Assembly (NCBI GenBank): GCA_951804945.1
Contig: OX638156.1
Coordinates: 22,444,001 to 22,508,000 of the forward strand
DNA from: Podarcis cretensis
Taxonomy: Eukaryota
Direction of reading: 5' to 3'
DNA length: 64,000 bases
In this document: positions 61,458-64,000 of the stretch, in pieces
How the letters are laid out: each line of letters opens with the position of its first letter
How positions within the stretch are numbered: position 1 is the first letter of the stretch
Notes under the pieces: generated by a model
Told to the model about the DNA's origin: nothing
The model's input: the letters and a program-made list of their open reading frames with translations, nothing else
The model's database searches: none
Position numbers and translations under genes: made by a program

Positions 61458-64000
61458 TATATTGCCTCTTACAGGTCCTCACCCTGGAACTGGCTCCGCT
61501 TTTCTAATCTGAATTTATCTGGGGGGGGGGGGGGGAGGAAAGAGATGAAATATTACATCCTCTTAGGAACTTCATGACTTTTTCGCAACCAATATACAGG
61601 AAAATAAGTAATCTCAGCTCCATGATTTCCTAAATTAACCTGATTCGGATCCATTATAGTCTGCTTTCGGGCCTGGTTTTGGAACAAAAAGTGCAAAGGT
61701 TATCCTAATGAATAATCTGTGCCAAGAGATGGATAGAGAACTGTACTCTACTCTACTTCGAGATCTTTTGATACCATCAGCCATGATACCCTTCTGGGTT
61801 TCCTGGCTTTGATGGGAACATGCAATACCACTCTTCATTGGTTCCATTCCTATCTGGACAGATGGATCTAGAAAGTGGAGGCTGCAGATAGCTGTTTTAG
61901 CCCAGGTCCTTTGGCCTGTGGGAAACCATAAGGCTCCTTTTAGTTAGAAGAGTGGGATGGCATATCAAGAGTGATTATGTTTTCTAACCAACTTATATCT
62001 CAAAAATATTGTGGCCAACTTAAAAATAATTTATTCTGTTAAAAATAAATCATTATTGTAATATACTGTAACTCCCTCGTTTTCTAAGAGTTGAGTTCAT
62101 TGCAATAATGCTTTCAAGTTATGAGTGCCAGAAATACAGCTTTGCAACAAAAAGTTGAGATTTGCATGATTTCCAGTGAGACTTCAAGGTGTGTAATAAA
62201 AATAAACTGACAACTTTATGAAACAGCCAAGGGACCAACTCACTAATGAAATGCTGACAGTTTACTTCAACAATGGCTTTCACCATAAACATCAAACTTT
62301 TAAGTTTACAGGTATAATTGATAACATAATAAATTCAAAAGAACATCCTATGTCTGCTTTTTTATATTTGATCCCAAGAAAGGTTTTGCTCTTGGCCTTT
62401 GTTTAAGAAGCAAACAGACCTGATAGTTACAATAATTAGGAGAAAAAAATAAATAAAGCTAGCACAATTATAGTCACCAGCCATTTGTGTTTTATTACAC
62501 AAAATATTTTGTGCCCACTTAGTTGATCTTTGTTAGAGACATTTACAACCTGCTGCAGTGCTAATTTATTCAGAAATAAAAGTCATGCTAAGTCCCAGAG
62601 GACTTACTCCCATCCCAGGCAAGTGAACAGAATGCTAACTAATTGTAAAGTTATCTTGTACTAAGTTAAAATTAATTGTGGCAGAACAGTTGTTTCCCCC
62701 CAGCAAGAGATGAAAATGATTTGAAAGAGGGCTTGCAACGTAAACATGTGCAATCATTTTACTTTTGTGTTGTTTGAAAAACCTGCTTTGCAAGAAGTAA
62801 CCATGAGATAACTATAGTGTGGATATAATATAGAAAGTATTACTGCTCTCAAAAACTACTCCTGCTTCTAGCCTTTGGCCAAAACACCCCTGCCCCAACT
62901 CACCTTCCTCAAGTGTTCTTACAGTTTTTCCAAAAAATAAGCAGAATACATAGAGACAAAGTCCCATAGTAAACACCCCTCTATATTGCAGGCAACCTAT
63001 CTTTACTGCAGGGAATATTTACCTTCCAGTAAGCTCTTCTGAGCTGAAAAACATCCATGCACATGGAGCCTACTTTCTGGCTACTGGCCTCCTCTTAAAA
63101 GAGCAAAACAGCAGGGGACACTGGAAGGGGAGAACAGGGCAAAGACCTTCTGGCAGTCAGCCCAGAAAGGATCTGAGCTAACAGAAATACCACGAGGCAG
63201 TGACCAGGGAGCATAAGTTCCCTGTCTACTGAGAAGTCACCTGGCTGCGTGCTCTTCAAGCTGGAATCAAGCCTGCTAAGCAGGAGATGGCAGGAGATAG
63301 GCCTAAGCTACTGCAAAGAGGGGAGACATTTCTGAATATACAGGCAAAAGAAGGATCCTAGACCTGTAAGTCAGCTGAAGACGATTACAAGGCATATGAA
63401 GGAAGTTCTTGGCTTGTCTCTAAAAGTCTTATCTTTAATGTCCCAGAATATACTGTGAGAGACCAAGCATAAATCATAGGACTAAGAAGCTTCTAAGAGA
63501 ACTGGTTTCCTACATCAGCAATTTGTATGTGTACTCACAGGATCAACTCTTTAACACCCACCGCCCCAAACATTTATTTACATCCTTCTAAACACTGAAG
63601 GCATCATTAACACTCTGGGGGAAATGCTACACTATGCTCTCAGCATGTTCAACAGGAGAGCAGCAAACATTTCCAGCAATTTATAAACTGGAGTAGTTTC
63701 TCAGATAGCGTTATCACAAAGGAGAGGGAGTCTCTTGTAGTATCTGGCACAGTGTCAGATGTTCCAACTGTATTTTTGAATGGGAGAAGAGCTAACAGCC
63801 ACATATACTTGCATGGTTACAGTGACATGCCAGAAAAACCACAGCATGAAAGGATTCTGGACTGCTTTGCTGCTGTAGATGCAAGAGCAAACTAGAGCAG
63901 GAGCCAACATTTTGGGTGAATGTAGAAGTGCCAACTTTAGCAAAGTAGAGGGAGTAACCTCAGAGGGTTTGTGCGAATTTATAATTCAGATGTCTAACAG

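Overview
Vertebrate genomic DNA from a squamate reptile, probably a lizard (BovB LINE, Sauria SINEs and CR1/L2 repeats; species not determinable). The window holds three complete coding sequences in the same order as human 1p34: CTPS1 (+ strand, CpG-island promoter ~540-1250, 17 coding exons 4107-18442, 591 aa, 3'UTR intron, polyA signal 20262), SLFNL1 (- strand, 3 coding exons 23668-20801, 412 aa, convergent with CTPS1) and SCMH1 (- strand, 13 coding exons 61457-27344, 650 aa; its non-coding first exon/promoter appears to lie outside the window). All coding exons were placed by reading GT-AG sites and checking frame continuity. Introns carry many LINE, SINE and MITE insertions, several with intact target-site duplications. 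The most interesting observation is the SLFNL1 protein: RRM + a single Schlafen AlbA_2 domain with the SLFN11-type E/E/K/Y/D nuclease residues at identical spacing + coiled coil + C-terminal CCaaX motif. This suggests an uncharacterised lipid-anchored RNA nuclease (inference). Most ORFs in the supplied track are spurious.
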